Assembly (NCBI GenBank): GCA_019414025.1
Contig: DXMU01000046.1
Location: 20,801 to 84,800, forward strand
DNA: 64,000 nt
From: Collinsella sp.
GTDB lineage: Bacteria; Actinomycetota; Coriobacteriia; Coriobacteriales; Coriobacteriaceae
Direction of reading: 5' to 3'
The notes below the pieces were generated by a model that was not told the origin of the DNA, made no database searches, and saw only the letters and a list, made by a program, of their open reading frames with translations. Both the position numbers and the translations under genes were made by a program. Within the stretch, counting starts at the first letter, position 1, and every line of letters begins with the position of its first letter. Shown piece by piece: positions 43,362 through 52,306 of the stretch.

Positions 43362-44183
43362 ATGGACACCACCTTCAGCCACATCAAAGCCGTGTTCTGC
43401 GATATCGACGGCACACTGCTCACGAGCCAGCACACGGTGTCCCCGCGCACCGTGGCGGCGATCCGCGCCCTGCGCGAGCGCGGTGTGCTCTTTGGCCTGT
43501 GCACCGGGCGCGACGCCCACGCGACCGAGGCCATGTACGAGCTCTGGGGCATCGAAGGCCTGGTGGACGTGCTCGTGGGTTGCGGTGGCGCCGAGGTCAT
43601 CGACCGTGCGCACGACATCAACGAGCTGAGCTATCCGCTGCCGGGCGAGACCATCGCGCGCATCTGCAAGCACATGGCGGACCTTCCGGCAACGCCCGTC
43701 TGCCCCCGAGACGGCGTGTTCTACGTGCCCGAGAGCAATGCGTGCGTCGAGCACCTGTCGCGCGTCGACGGCGTGCCCTACCAGGTGGTCGATTTTGCCG
43801 AGTTCTTGCGCGGGCCGCAGCCCAAGGTGATGTTTACCATGGCACCCGAGGTAATGCCGCGGGTGATTGAGCGGGCGTCGACGTTTGCCGATGACACTGT
43901 TAAGGCGGCAGCTCTGCAAACCACGCAGCGGCTCTACGAATTCATGGATCCGCGCGTGTCCAAGACTCGCGGCCTTGTGCGCGTGGCGGAGCTCAACGAC
44001 ATGGAGCTCCAGAACATCTGCGTGTTTGGCGATGCCGATAACGACACCTGCATGGTGGCCGACGCCGGCGTGGGCGTTGCCATGGCAAACGGCAGCGCCG
44101 CCACCCGCGCCGCCGCCGATTTTGTAACCGCCAGCAACGACAATGACGGCATTGCGGTCTTTATCGAGGAACATCTTCTGTAG
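43362..44183 (+). CDS. Cof-type HAD-IIB family hydrolase
   Basis: Motif I FCDIDGTLL and motif IV GDADND. Start moved to MDTTFSH because the upstream ORF part crosses the repeats. Confidence 0.85.
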   Translation: MDTTFSHIKAVFCDIDGTLLTSQHTVSPRTVAAIRALRERGVLFGLCTGRDAHATEAMYELWGIEGLVDVLVGCGGAEVIDRAHDINELSYPLPGETIARICKHMADLPATPVCPRDGVFYVPESNACVEHLSRVDGVPYQVVDFAEFLRGPQPKVMFTMAPEVMPRVIERASTFADDTVKAAALQTTQRLYEFMDPRVSKTRGLVRVAELNDMELQNICVFGDADNDTCMVADAGVGVAMANGSAATRAAADFVTASNDNDGIAVFIEEHLL

Positions 44184-44195
44184 CGCCTGGGGGCA

Positions 44196-44270
44196 GCCAC
44201 AAAGAGGGCAGAGCGCCTTTGTGGTGGTTTTCCAAGCGTTCCAACAGTCGATTGTTGGAACGCTTTTTTG
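44196..44270 (+). terminator. Two consecutive hairpins after the HAD gene
   Basis: A degenerate CCACAAAG..CCTTTGTGGTGG hairpin, then aagcgttccaaca / tgttggaacgctt followed by TTTTT. Confidence 0.75.
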
Positions 44271-44721
44271 TAGCGAGGAGATTTGCAGCCGGTAACATGC
44301 GATGTCATTCAAGTGTCGATGTATGAACATGTCGGCACACACTGGTTGTGTAGTAATTGACCAATTAGCTCAAAACTAATATTTGCAGGTAGATATACTG
44401 CCATTCACGGCGCAATTTTGACCGTTCACAGATTGAGCGGGTTAAAACAAAATGTTGTACAAACAATGATAAAGTGTCATTTATCTAGATTTGCTAACGA
44501 GTTTACCAGCATCTTTCCGAAATATAACCCTCGAAAAACAATGCATAGTTTGAATAATTGTTAAGAAGTTAAGGCAACGCGAAGTAAAATTGACATTGTT
44601 AGGCTTGCGTTATTTAAACAAAGAATAATAATATGCATATCGAGCGCGAGCAATTATAGGTTGCGCGCCCAAGTTTGATGGTGAAAGAGCAAGATCGCGG
44701 TCTCTTGGGGAGGAGACATCG

Positions 44722-47700
44722 ATGAAAGCGAATTCAGACAAATCTAAGCAGAGTAAAAAAGCGACGCGCCGTGTACTGGCAGGCGTTTTGTGCGGAGCCT
44801 CCGTTTTGAGCCTGGTACTGTCGCTCGTCATGCCCCCGATCTCGCAGGCCATTGCCAACGATGCCCAGGCAGCTCCTACCGAGGAAACTGTGATGGGGGG
44901 GGGTTCCTCAACTGAGTCTACTGATGTAGAAAACACCAACAACGGGGATACCGAAAACCAGAATAGTGACGATGCTGCGGGCGACGACGAAATCCAGCAG
45001 GAGGAGCAGCCCAAGGACGAGTCGCAGGCAGAAGAAAATGAAGCGATCGACGATGGCGCTGGTTCGTCAGCCGAGGAGGCTGTGGCGAGCGAAGAGACAG
45101 CCACGGACATCAAGAATGCCGGTGACTTGCAGGGAAAGCTTCTAGGCGTTGAGGAAAATCAAACCGCCAGCTTTACGCTTGCGGCTGATATTGACTTTCC
45201 TGGTGAAATCACACTTAACAAAGGCGGCAGCAATATCACCCTTGACCTAAGTGGTCATAAGATTAAGCACTCGAGCGCCGACAAGCCGTTATTCAATGTT
45301 GCCGGTGGTGCGTCACTTACAATTAGGGATTCTGCACAGGTGGGTGAGACGGTCAGCGAGGGCCAGCAGCTAGCTGATCAGGGGCAGAGCCTGAATGCCG
45401 ATAATTATGACAAGAATGCCGCCAATTATGGCAAGAATGCCGAACTGACTTACGATAACGATAACATTCCATCTAATCTTACCTACTACGTGACCGAATC
45501 GTCCCCGAGCGGAACAGGCACAACCGAGACACTTGTCAAACATGACGTTGAGATTAAAGGCGCCATCGTGGCGTGCGGAGGCAACGCAAATCTAAAGCTC
45601 ATCAATCTATATAACAACAACGGCAAGGGCGGCACGTTTAACCTTGTGAGCGGCGTGATCACGCAAAAACAAGGCGGCAGCGTTAGCAGCTTGGTCTATG
45701 CCGAGAACGGCTCTACCGTCAACATGCGCGGCGGCTATGTGTGTGGAGCTTCTGGCTCGGGTGCGGGCGGCGGAATTGAAATACACGGTAATTCGACCCT
45801 CGAGGTTTCCGGTGGCGTAATTGCCGGCAACAGTGCTCCTAGTGGCGGTGGTGTGTATGCTAAAGACTCCACGGTCAACATAACTAATGGCGTAATCTCC
45901 GGCAACAGCACGCTTGCTACTGGTGTTGGTTTCGGCGGCGGCATCATGGCCGAAGGCGGCAGCGTTACTGTTTCTGGTGGCTACATTACTAACAATAAAT
46001 ATGCCAATTACTGTGGTAACGATGGTAATGGCGATCATGGCGGTGCTGGACTTGCCGCTAAAAACGGTACTCATGTCACCATTTCGGGCGGCCAGATCAC
46101 GGGCAACTATTCTGAGGAAGCCGGCGGCGGCGTCTATGTGACCGACATCGAACACCAAGGGGCGAGCTCGCGCAAGACAATGGCATGGCTCAACATTACG
46201 GGGGGAACTATTGCCTCTAACGTGAGTTTTCGCTCTGAGGGTGCCGGCATTCGCGTGGGCCAGATGGTTGACGCGATGATAAAAGGAACGTCAAATTCAA
46301 ATCCAGTCTATATCACTAATAACCACTGCATGTCTCGCTTTGACTGGGGTGGAGGCGGCATCTTCGTCCAGGGCGATTCTAAGGTCGCGTCTAATGCTGG
46401 TAGGCTATTTGTCTATAACTCCTATATAAGCAGCAATGAGGCCGGTGGCTACGGTGGCGGCGTTGCGGTTTGCCCGACGGGTAAGACTTTGGTGACAGGC
46501 ACCGACGGCACGGCGATTTTCGGTAATACTTCTGCCGGAAATGAGCAAAACGCGAACGACTACGAATCCGTGAGTAATACAGGCAATAACGGCACCCCCC
46601 ATCTTTCCGGCGGTGGTCACGGTAAGGACCAGGACTCCGACGCCTACAATGCCGAAGTGTTTCGCGAAAACGGCCACGCGGACTTCTTCCTTGCGGCGGA
46701 GGGTCATACGACTCCGATCGCGGCGGTGATTGGCAAAATGCTTGGCGGCGGCGATGCTAAGTATCGGGGAAGCTTAGAGCTCCAGAAAGCCATTACTATC
46801 CCCGCTAACGGTGGCGTGCAGGTATATAAAAGCATCGGCCTGAGTTCGGATGTTAAGGCTCAAGACCCCGAGGCGATCAATGCGCGAAAGGCTGCGCTAG
46901 AGGCGGGCGCGACGTTTATCACGGGCAATTATTCCTGGAACCATGGCGGCGGCATCATGTCGAACGGCGACCTGTACATGGGCGCGCCTGAGGACACGTA
47001 TGTCTATCCGAGCCTCAAGCTCAAGGCGACCAAGAAGCTGGAAGGCCGCAAGCTCAATGATGGGGAGTTCTCCTTTACGGTGTATCGCAAGGATTCAGAC
47101 GACCCTTTGGCTGGCACGACAGCTGGCACGACATTCAATCGCGACGTTTGCACCGAGGTTGGAACAGCAGCAAATGATGCAGAAGGCAGCATTACGTTTG
47201 ACCTTGGTGAACAATTCGCATCGAGTGGCGCGGGTAACGAAATCACATACTACTTGGTCGAAGACCCCGGTGGTGATTCTGGCATCACGTACGACTCCAG
47301 CGTGTATAAGATTGTGGTGACGGCCGAAGATACCAAGACCTTGCTCATGTCTGTTCCGAGTAAAGAAAACTCAAGCCAACTGAAGGATCTTTACATCCAT
47401 AACTACACGATTAAAAACGTCGGTGTAACCAAGTACGAATTCCGCGAGTCGTCTGGGAAGTGGGAGAACGTAAAAGCGAGGAGCAAGGTGCAGAAGAGTG
47501 GAGACTATTATCCAATTATCTGTGAGGGTGACTCCACGACTTTCACTAACAAGTTCACTCCGTACGACTCGAAGGGCTCCTGGACGCCTATGGCGACTAA
47601 GGTCGTTGAGGGTGGCGAGATGAAGGAGTTCACGCTCCAGCTTGCGACCGACACAGATTTTACGGATATCGTTAGCAGCAAGTCCACCACTGCCGACGGC

Positions 47701-48162
47701 GACAAGTCCCAGACCCTGAGCTTCGACAAGATTGCTTACAAACTCGATCAACTCGACCAGCTCGCGTCTGGCCCCGCTGGCCGTGGTGCTTCCAAGACCT
47801 TCACGTACTACGTGCGCGAGAAAGACGACGGTTCGCTGTTCTCGCACTATACGTACGACAAGTCGGTCTATCAGATTACGGTTAACGCGACTGACGACTC
47901 TAACCACCATATCGACGTCACTGCGACCTACAAGCAGATTCAGGATCGTGATGGCAAGCCAGTGACCAACGACACGGGCCGCGAACTCACTGAAAGTTCC
48001 ACCCCCACCTTCACCAACACCTACTCCACCTCTTTGCCCCTTTCTGGTATGTCGGGCGTCACTCTGACGTACCTTGCCGGCGCGGTGGTGCTTTGCGCTG
48101 CTGCGGCCTGGATGCACATTCGTCGCAAGGCGAATGCGAAGGGAGGTAAGCGTCGTGAATAA
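44722..48162 (+). CDS. LPXTG-type (LPLSG) cell-wall-anchored pilus tip adhesin candidate: beta-helix repeats plus pilin isopeptide-type stalk domains
   Basis: Signal peptide, acidic linker, more than 8 GGG(I/V)-x-(hydrophobic) repeats, and two Spy0128/FctA-like modules (ITYYLVEDPGG..YDSSVYKIVVTA and FTYYVREKDDG..YDKSVYQITVNA). C-terminal LPLSG, TM and KRRE tail. Confidence 0.8.
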   Translation: MKANSDKSKQSKKATRRVLAGVLCGASVLSLVLSLVMPPISQAIANDAQAAPTEETVMGGGSSTESTDVENTNNGDTENQNSDDAAGDDEIQQEEQPKDESQAEENEAIDDGAGSSAEEAVASEETATDIKNAGDLQGKLLGVEENQTASFTLAADIDFPGEITLNKGGSNITLDLSGHKIKHSSADKPLFNVAGGASLTIRDSAQVGETVSEGQQLADQGQSLNADNYDKNAANYGKNAELTYDNDNIPSNLTYYVTESSPSGTGTTETLVKHDVEIKGAIVACGGNANLKLINLYNNNGKGGTFNLVSGVITQKQGGSVSSLVYAENGSTVNMRGGYVCGASGSGAGGGIEIHGNSTLEVSGGVIAGNSAPSGGGVYAKDSTVNITNGVISGNSTLATGVGFGGGIMAEGGSVTVSGGYITNNKYANYCGNDGNGDHGGAGLAAKNGTHVTISGGQITGNYSEEAGGGVYVTDIEHQGASSRKTMAWLNITGGTIASNVSFRSEGAGIRVGQMVDAMIKGTSNSNPVYITNNHCMSRFDWGGGGIFVQGDSKVASNAGRLFVYNSYISSNEAGGYGGGVAVCPTGKTLVTGTDGTAIFGNTSAGNEQNANDYESVSNTGNNGTPHLSGGGHGKDQDSDAYNAEVFRENGHADFFLAAEGHTTPIAAVIGKMLGGGDAKYRGSLELQKAITIPANGGVQVYKSIGLSSDVKAQDPEAINARKAALEAGATFITGNYSWNHGGGIMSNGDLYMGAPEDTYVYPSLKLKATKKLEGRKLNDGEFSFTVYRKDSDDPLAGTTAGTTFNRDVCTEVGTAANDAEGSITFDLGEQFASSGAGNEITYYLVEDPGGDSGITYDSSVYKIVVTAEDTKTLLMSVPSKENSSQLKDLYIHNYTIKNVGVTKYEFRESSGKWENVKARSKVQKSGDYYPIICEGDSTTFTNKFTPYDSKGSWTPMATKVVEGGEMKEFTLQLATDTDFTDIVSSKSTTADGDKSQTLSFDKIAYKLDQLDQLASGPAGRGASKTFTYYVREKDDGSLFSHYTYDKSVYQITVNATDDSNHHIDVTATYKQIQDRDGKPVTNDTGRELTESSTPTFTNTYSTSLPLSGMSGVTLTYLAGAVVLCAAAAWMHIRRKANAKGGKRRE

Positions 48163-49810
48163 GAAAGTTTGCTCCTTCCCGATCTTGTTTGCGCTGCTTA
48201 CCCTCCTGATCGGCACCTGCGCGGTTGTGTTCCCCGCATCCGCGCAGGCCGCGCCGACCTCGACCGGTTCCATCACGGTGAGCGGCACCGTGGCGCGCAG
48301 CTACGACGCCTACCAGATCTTTAGCGCCAACGTCGTCGACGGCGACAGCGACGCCAAGATCGCCACCGACCTCGCCTGGGCAAGCGACGCCGTGCGCGAC
48401 GCAGCGCTGCCTGTGCTGCACAGCGCCGGCATGCCCAATTCCCAGACCACCGCGCAGGAAGCTGCCGAGTGGCTCAACACCGATTCCCACCTTACGAGCG
48501 CGCTGAGCGCGCAGCTCGCTCGTTCCCTCCAGAGCTCTGGCGCCGAGCTCGCGGCCCTCAACGCGGGCACGGCGGCCGAGCTGCCCTGCGGCTACTGGCT
48601 CATCGTCGCCGACGACGACGCCATCGCCCAGGGCGAGGCCGGCACCGCGCCGATCATGGCCCTGGTGGGCGGCAGCGCCGTCACCGTCAAGCCCAAGGCC
48701 GCGACCCCCAAGGTGGCCAAGCACGTGCTGGAGGACAGCACCGCCGCATGGCAGAAGGCCGCCGACGCCACGGTCGCCGACGACCTGTACTGGCGCCTCT
48801 CTGCCACGGTCCCGGCGGGGCTCACGGCCTACGACACCTACGCGGTGCGGTTCGTCGACACCATGAGCGCGGGGCTCGACCCCTCCAAGGTGGCCGCGAG
48901 CATGCGCGTGTACGTGGCGGCGGGCGCGGACGGTGGCTTCGACGCCGTCCAGACCGGCAAGGACGGCCGAGCCGACACCGAGCCCGCGAAGGGCTGGACC
49001 GACATCACGGCCCAGTGCGCCACCAAGGTAGCGGTTGACGGAACCTTCACCGTGCGTACCGGCGACCTCATCGCCGCGCTCGGCGGGGCCGACGCCTTCA
49101 CCGCGGGCGCCCGCGTGGTCGCCGTGTACAACGCGCCGCTCAACAGCGCGTGCAACCACGGCATCGCGAAGGGCAACCCCAACGAGGTCTACCTGCGTTA
49201 CCCGCGCTCTCCCTTTGCCGACCAGTTCAGCGATGCCGGCTTCACTCGCACGCCGAGCGATGATGCGTGCGCCTACACCTGGGATCTCGCGCTCACCAAG
49301 CGCGGCAGCGACGGCGACAAGCCGCTTGCCGGGGCGGTCCTGAGCATCGCCGACGACCGCGGCCGCACGCTAGCGGCCGATGGCACGTGGGATGCGGAGG
49401 GCAAGGCCACCGTCACCACGGGCGAGGACGGCCGCGTGACCGTCTCGGGCGTGGACTCGGGCAAGCTGGAGGTCCGCGAGCTCAAGGCGCCCAAGGGCTA
49501 CACCGCCTTTGAGGGCACGTGCTGCGTGACGGTCAAGGCCGAGGGCCTGGATGTCGACCAGGTGGCGGCCGCCAAGCCTAAGGTGACCGTATCGGCCGAA
49601 AGCCCTCTGCGAGTTGATGCCGCCGATGCCGGGAAGGGTTTAGTCGAGTTGTCGGTGCTTAACACCCCAAGTAACGAAGTGAGTCGAGGCTTTATGCCCT
49701 CGACGGGAGATAGAACGTTGGTGTTGGTAACGGCTTTGGCCGTCATCGGAGTAGTGGCTATTGTCGTCGCGCTCGTCATCAAGCGGGGAGGAGGTCGCCA
49801 TGATAAATAA
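48155..49810 (+). CDS. Pilin subunit (isopeptide-forming fimbrial protein) with an MPSTG sorting signal
   Basis: GTG start after GGGAGG. Signal peptide ...ASAQA. YDAYQIF N-domain. CnaB-like region with E-box LEVRELKAPKGYT. MPSTG, TM and a basic tail. Confidence 0.8.
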   Translation: MNKKVCSFPILFALLTLLIGTCAVVFPASAQAAPTSTGSITVSGTVARSYDAYQIFSANVVDGDSDAKIATDLAWASDAVRDAALPVLHSAGMPNSQTTAQEAAEWLNTDSHLTSALSAQLARSLQSSGAELAALNAGTAAELPCGYWLIVADDDAIAQGEAGTAPIMALVGGSAVTVKPKAATPKVAKHVLEDSTAAWQKAADATVADDLYWRLSATVPAGLTAYDTYAVRFVDTMSAGLDPSKVAASMRVYVAAGADGGFDAVQTGKDGRADTEPAKGWTDITAQCATKVAVDGTFTVRTGDLIAALGGADAFTAGARVVAVYNAPLNSACNHGIAKGNPNEVYLRYPRSPFADQFSDAGFTRTPSDDACAYTWDLALTKRGSDGDKPLAGAVLSIADDRGRTLAADGTWDAEGKATVTTGEDGRVTVSGVDSGKLEVRELKAPKGYTAFEGTCCVTVKAEGLDVDQVAAAKPKVTVSAESPLRVDAADAGKGLVELSVLNTPSNEVSRGFMPSTGDRTLVLVTALAVIGVVAIVVALVIKRGGGRHDK

Positions 49811-49929
49811 TTGCCCCCCCCTTGCTCAGTGGCGTACTACCTCCGTAGCGATTAGAGCGCAGGGAAATGAGCCTGCTGACTTTTGGTGATGACGAGAATT
49901 AAAGCAACCTCCAAGAAAGAGGTCCCAAC

Positions 49930-51591
49930 ATGAAAACAACCAAGAACATCGCACGCCTGGCAGTAACCGCCGGCCTCACCGCAGCCCTGAGCTTCGGCGG
50001 CGTGATGGCGACAGTCACGATGGCGTTTGCTGCGGAGGGTGCTGCCCCCAGCTATTCGCTCACGATTAACAAGTCCGTGGACAATGACTCCACTTCGTTC
50101 AAGGCGTATCAGATTTTTAAGGCTGACGTTATTGACGGAAAGTCCGGTAAGGTTGCGTCCAACATTGAGTGGGCGAGTGATGACGCAGAGACTGCGGTCC
50201 TGAAGGTGCTTGTTGATAATAATGCCCCAGGGATTACCTTAGACTCGACCGCTTCTGACGTTGCCGACTACCTTTCCAAGATCACTGATACCACTGATAC
50301 CACGAGTCTGCCGCAGAGCAGCATCCTTAACAAGATTGCCTTGGCTGTAGAGAAGAGTGTTACCGCTACGGGCGATTCCTTTGCCGCCGGTCGCGCTTTC
50401 ACCACTACGAGCGCTGGCTACTACCTGTTCATGACCGATACCGACTCGCTCAGTGCGAATGAGAAGCAGACCGGTACCTCGCCGATCTTTGCAGTCGTGG
50501 GCGGCAACGCAGTGGTCGTTACCGAGAAGACGAGCATCCCGACCGTGACGAAGCAGGTCAAGGACGATGGTGCGGACAACGACTGGAAGTACAAGGCGGA
50601 CTCCCAGATGGGTCAGACCGTTCAGTACAAGCTGACCGGCACGGTTGCAAGCAATGTCGACACGTTCAGCACCTACTATTATGAGTTCCACGATGAGCTG
50701 TCTGCCGGTTTGACTGTTGATAAGTCCACTGTCAAGGCCGTGATTGGTGAGACTCAGATCACGCCTACTTCTGTGACCGTGTCTGATCCCGATTCAAATG
50801 GCAGAACGGTCTTGAGCGTAAAGTTTGACGATCTTAAGGCTGCCGCCACGGCGGCCGGCGTCACTGTCGGCGAGCATACAAGGGTCGTTGTCACGTACAG
50901 CGCCAAGCTCGACCCGAATAAGTCCCAGCATGTCGTTGTCGGTGGCACGGGCAACTCCAACACCGTCAAGCTCATCTACTCCAACAACCCTGGCCACGAT
51001 TCCCGGGGTGAGTCTGTGCCCGACACCGTGCGCGACTACACCTATGCGCTCAAGCTCGTCAAGAAGGACGCGACGGATGAGAATAAGATACTTAAGGGCG
51101 TAAAGTTCACCATCCGTGCCACTGATCCCGACGATATTGCATCCAAGGACATGTATGTCCAGGAGAATGGCTCCCTCGGTACTGAGGCTTATGAGTTCAC
51201 GACCACCGACTCCGGCGAGATTAACGTCAAGGGCCTCGATGCCGGCACCTACACCGTCAAGGAGACCCATACGCTCGCCGGCTATAACACCATCCCCGAG
51301 TTCACCTTCACCATCAAAGCCATTGGATTCAACCAAGCAGAGGGAGAGGGAGAAAACAAGATTACGGTCAAGACGAGCACCAGGGGTTCCAATTTGGTCG
51401 AGGTTGACACGACTAACACGGACAACGGTACTGCTGCCTTGATCGTCAAAAACAAGCAGGGTTCCGGCCTCCCGCTCACCGGCCTTAACGGCGTGACGTT
51501 CACTTGGATCGCTGGTGGCGCGGTGCTGTGTATCGGCGTGGCTCATCTCATCCGCAGCCGTAAGCAGGCTGAGGAGTCCGAGCAGGAGTAA
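49930..51591 (+). CDS. Pilin subunit (probable backbone) with an LPLTG sorting signal
   Basis: Paralogue of the previous gene (FKAYQIFKADV, GYYLFMTD, VGGNAVVVTEKTSIPTVTKQV). E-box YTVKETHTLAGYN. LPLTG, TM and a basic tail. Confidence 0.85.
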   Translation: MKTTKNIARLAVTAGLTAALSFGGVMATVTMAFAAEGAAPSYSLTINKSVDNDSTSFKAYQIFKADVIDGKSGKVASNIEWASDDAETAVLKVLVDNNAPGITLDSTASDVADYLSKITDTTDTTSLPQSSILNKIALAVEKSVTATGDSFAAGRAFTTTSAGYYLFMTDTDSLSANEKQTGTSPIFAVVGGNAVVVTEKTSIPTVTKQVKDDGADNDWKYKADSQMGQTVQYKLTGTVASNVDTFSTYYYEFHDELSAGLTVDKSTVKAVIGETQITPTSVTVSDPDSNGRTVLSVKFDDLKAAATAAGVTVGEHTRVVVTYSAKLDPNKSQHVVVGGTGNSNTVKLIYSNNPGHDSRGESVPDTVRDYTYALKLVKKDATDENKILKGVKFTIRATDPDDIASKDMYVQENGSLGTEAYEFTTTDSGEINVKGLDAGTYTVKETHTLAGYNTIPEFTFTIKAIGFNQAEGEGENKITVKTSTRGSNLVEVDTTNTDNGTAALIVKNKQGSGLPLTGLNGVTFTWIAGGAVLCIGVAHLIRSRKQAEESEQE

Positions 51592-51691
51592 CGCTCGCTC
51601 ACCCATCCCTTTGGCAGGTGGGATGTGATGGCCATGAGACTTGCGGACACTTTTCTCGTCCATCCACGTTCTTGCTTTGCCATTCTCTTTT

Positions 51692-51728
51692 CGGGGCAGA
51701 CTCCGCGCTGGAGTTTGCCCCGTTTTTT
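51692..51728 (+). terminator. Strong rho-independent terminator after the pilin genes
   Basis: cggggcagactcc / ggagtttgccccg stem followed by TTTTTT. Confidence 0.85.
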
Positions 51729-51894
51729 GGATATAGCAGCCAAGCTCCATTGCCCGATGGATCGAGCGTATGACTATCGAACAGATGTTTGCAATTATTG
51801 CGTTTACCAGCTGTTGGTGCATACACTCGCAGTAAAATGGCTTTGCGACGCATCCCGTGCGCGGGCGGCCGACGACTCGATCGGAGGTCCCCAA

Positions 51895-52044
51895 ATGCTG
51901 AAATTCCTTAACGCGCTCGCCGCCCTCGCGGCGGTGGGCTCGTTCGTCATCGCGTTTCTTGACTCGTATGAAGTTCGGTTTAAGGTCCGTAGGCGCACGC
52001 GCGGTGCGGACGGTGGACGGCATTTGCGCCGCAAGCGCAAATAA
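51895..52044 (+). CDS. 49-aa peptide: one hydrophobic helix plus a highly basic tail (hypothetical)
   Basis: GGAGGT RBS 6 nt upstream of the ATG. MLKFLNALAALAAVGSFVIAFL then RRRTRG..RHLRRKRK. High GC3. A hairpin follows the stop codon. Confidence 0.45.
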   Translation: MLKFLNALAALAAVGSFVIAFLDSYEVRFKVRRRTRGADGGRHLRRKRK

Positions 52045-52045
52045 G

Positions 52046-52073
52046 AATGCCCGGGGGTCGGATCCCGGGCATT
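52046..52073. terminator. Hairpin aatgcccggg / cccgggcatt
   Basis: 10-bp perfect stem. There is no clean T-run on the + strand. Confidence 0.45.
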
Positions 52074-52306
52074 TAACAAAAACTGAAAACTAGGCCGCCC
52101 GCGCTCCTAAGTACTTACGCGGGATGCGTCGTTTCCTATTGACATTGTATCCCGAATCGCTCCGCCGATCCGTGATATTTTGAAAACTCAAATGTGGGCT
52201 CATGCTCGCGCTGCGCAATGCCGCTGAGCTGCGTTGCCCGCAGCAGAAGCTCGCTAATCGGCTATTATTTGTTTAGACAACCTGAGCTGTAGAGGAGTGA
52301 TCGGCG

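Noticed and set aside
51625-51894. First 90 codons of the 139-aa ORF between the pilin and the sortase.
   Set aside because: The sequence is Cys/Arg/Trp-rich and non-protein-like, and it spans a strong terminator. Only the last 49 codons have an RBS and a plausible peptide.
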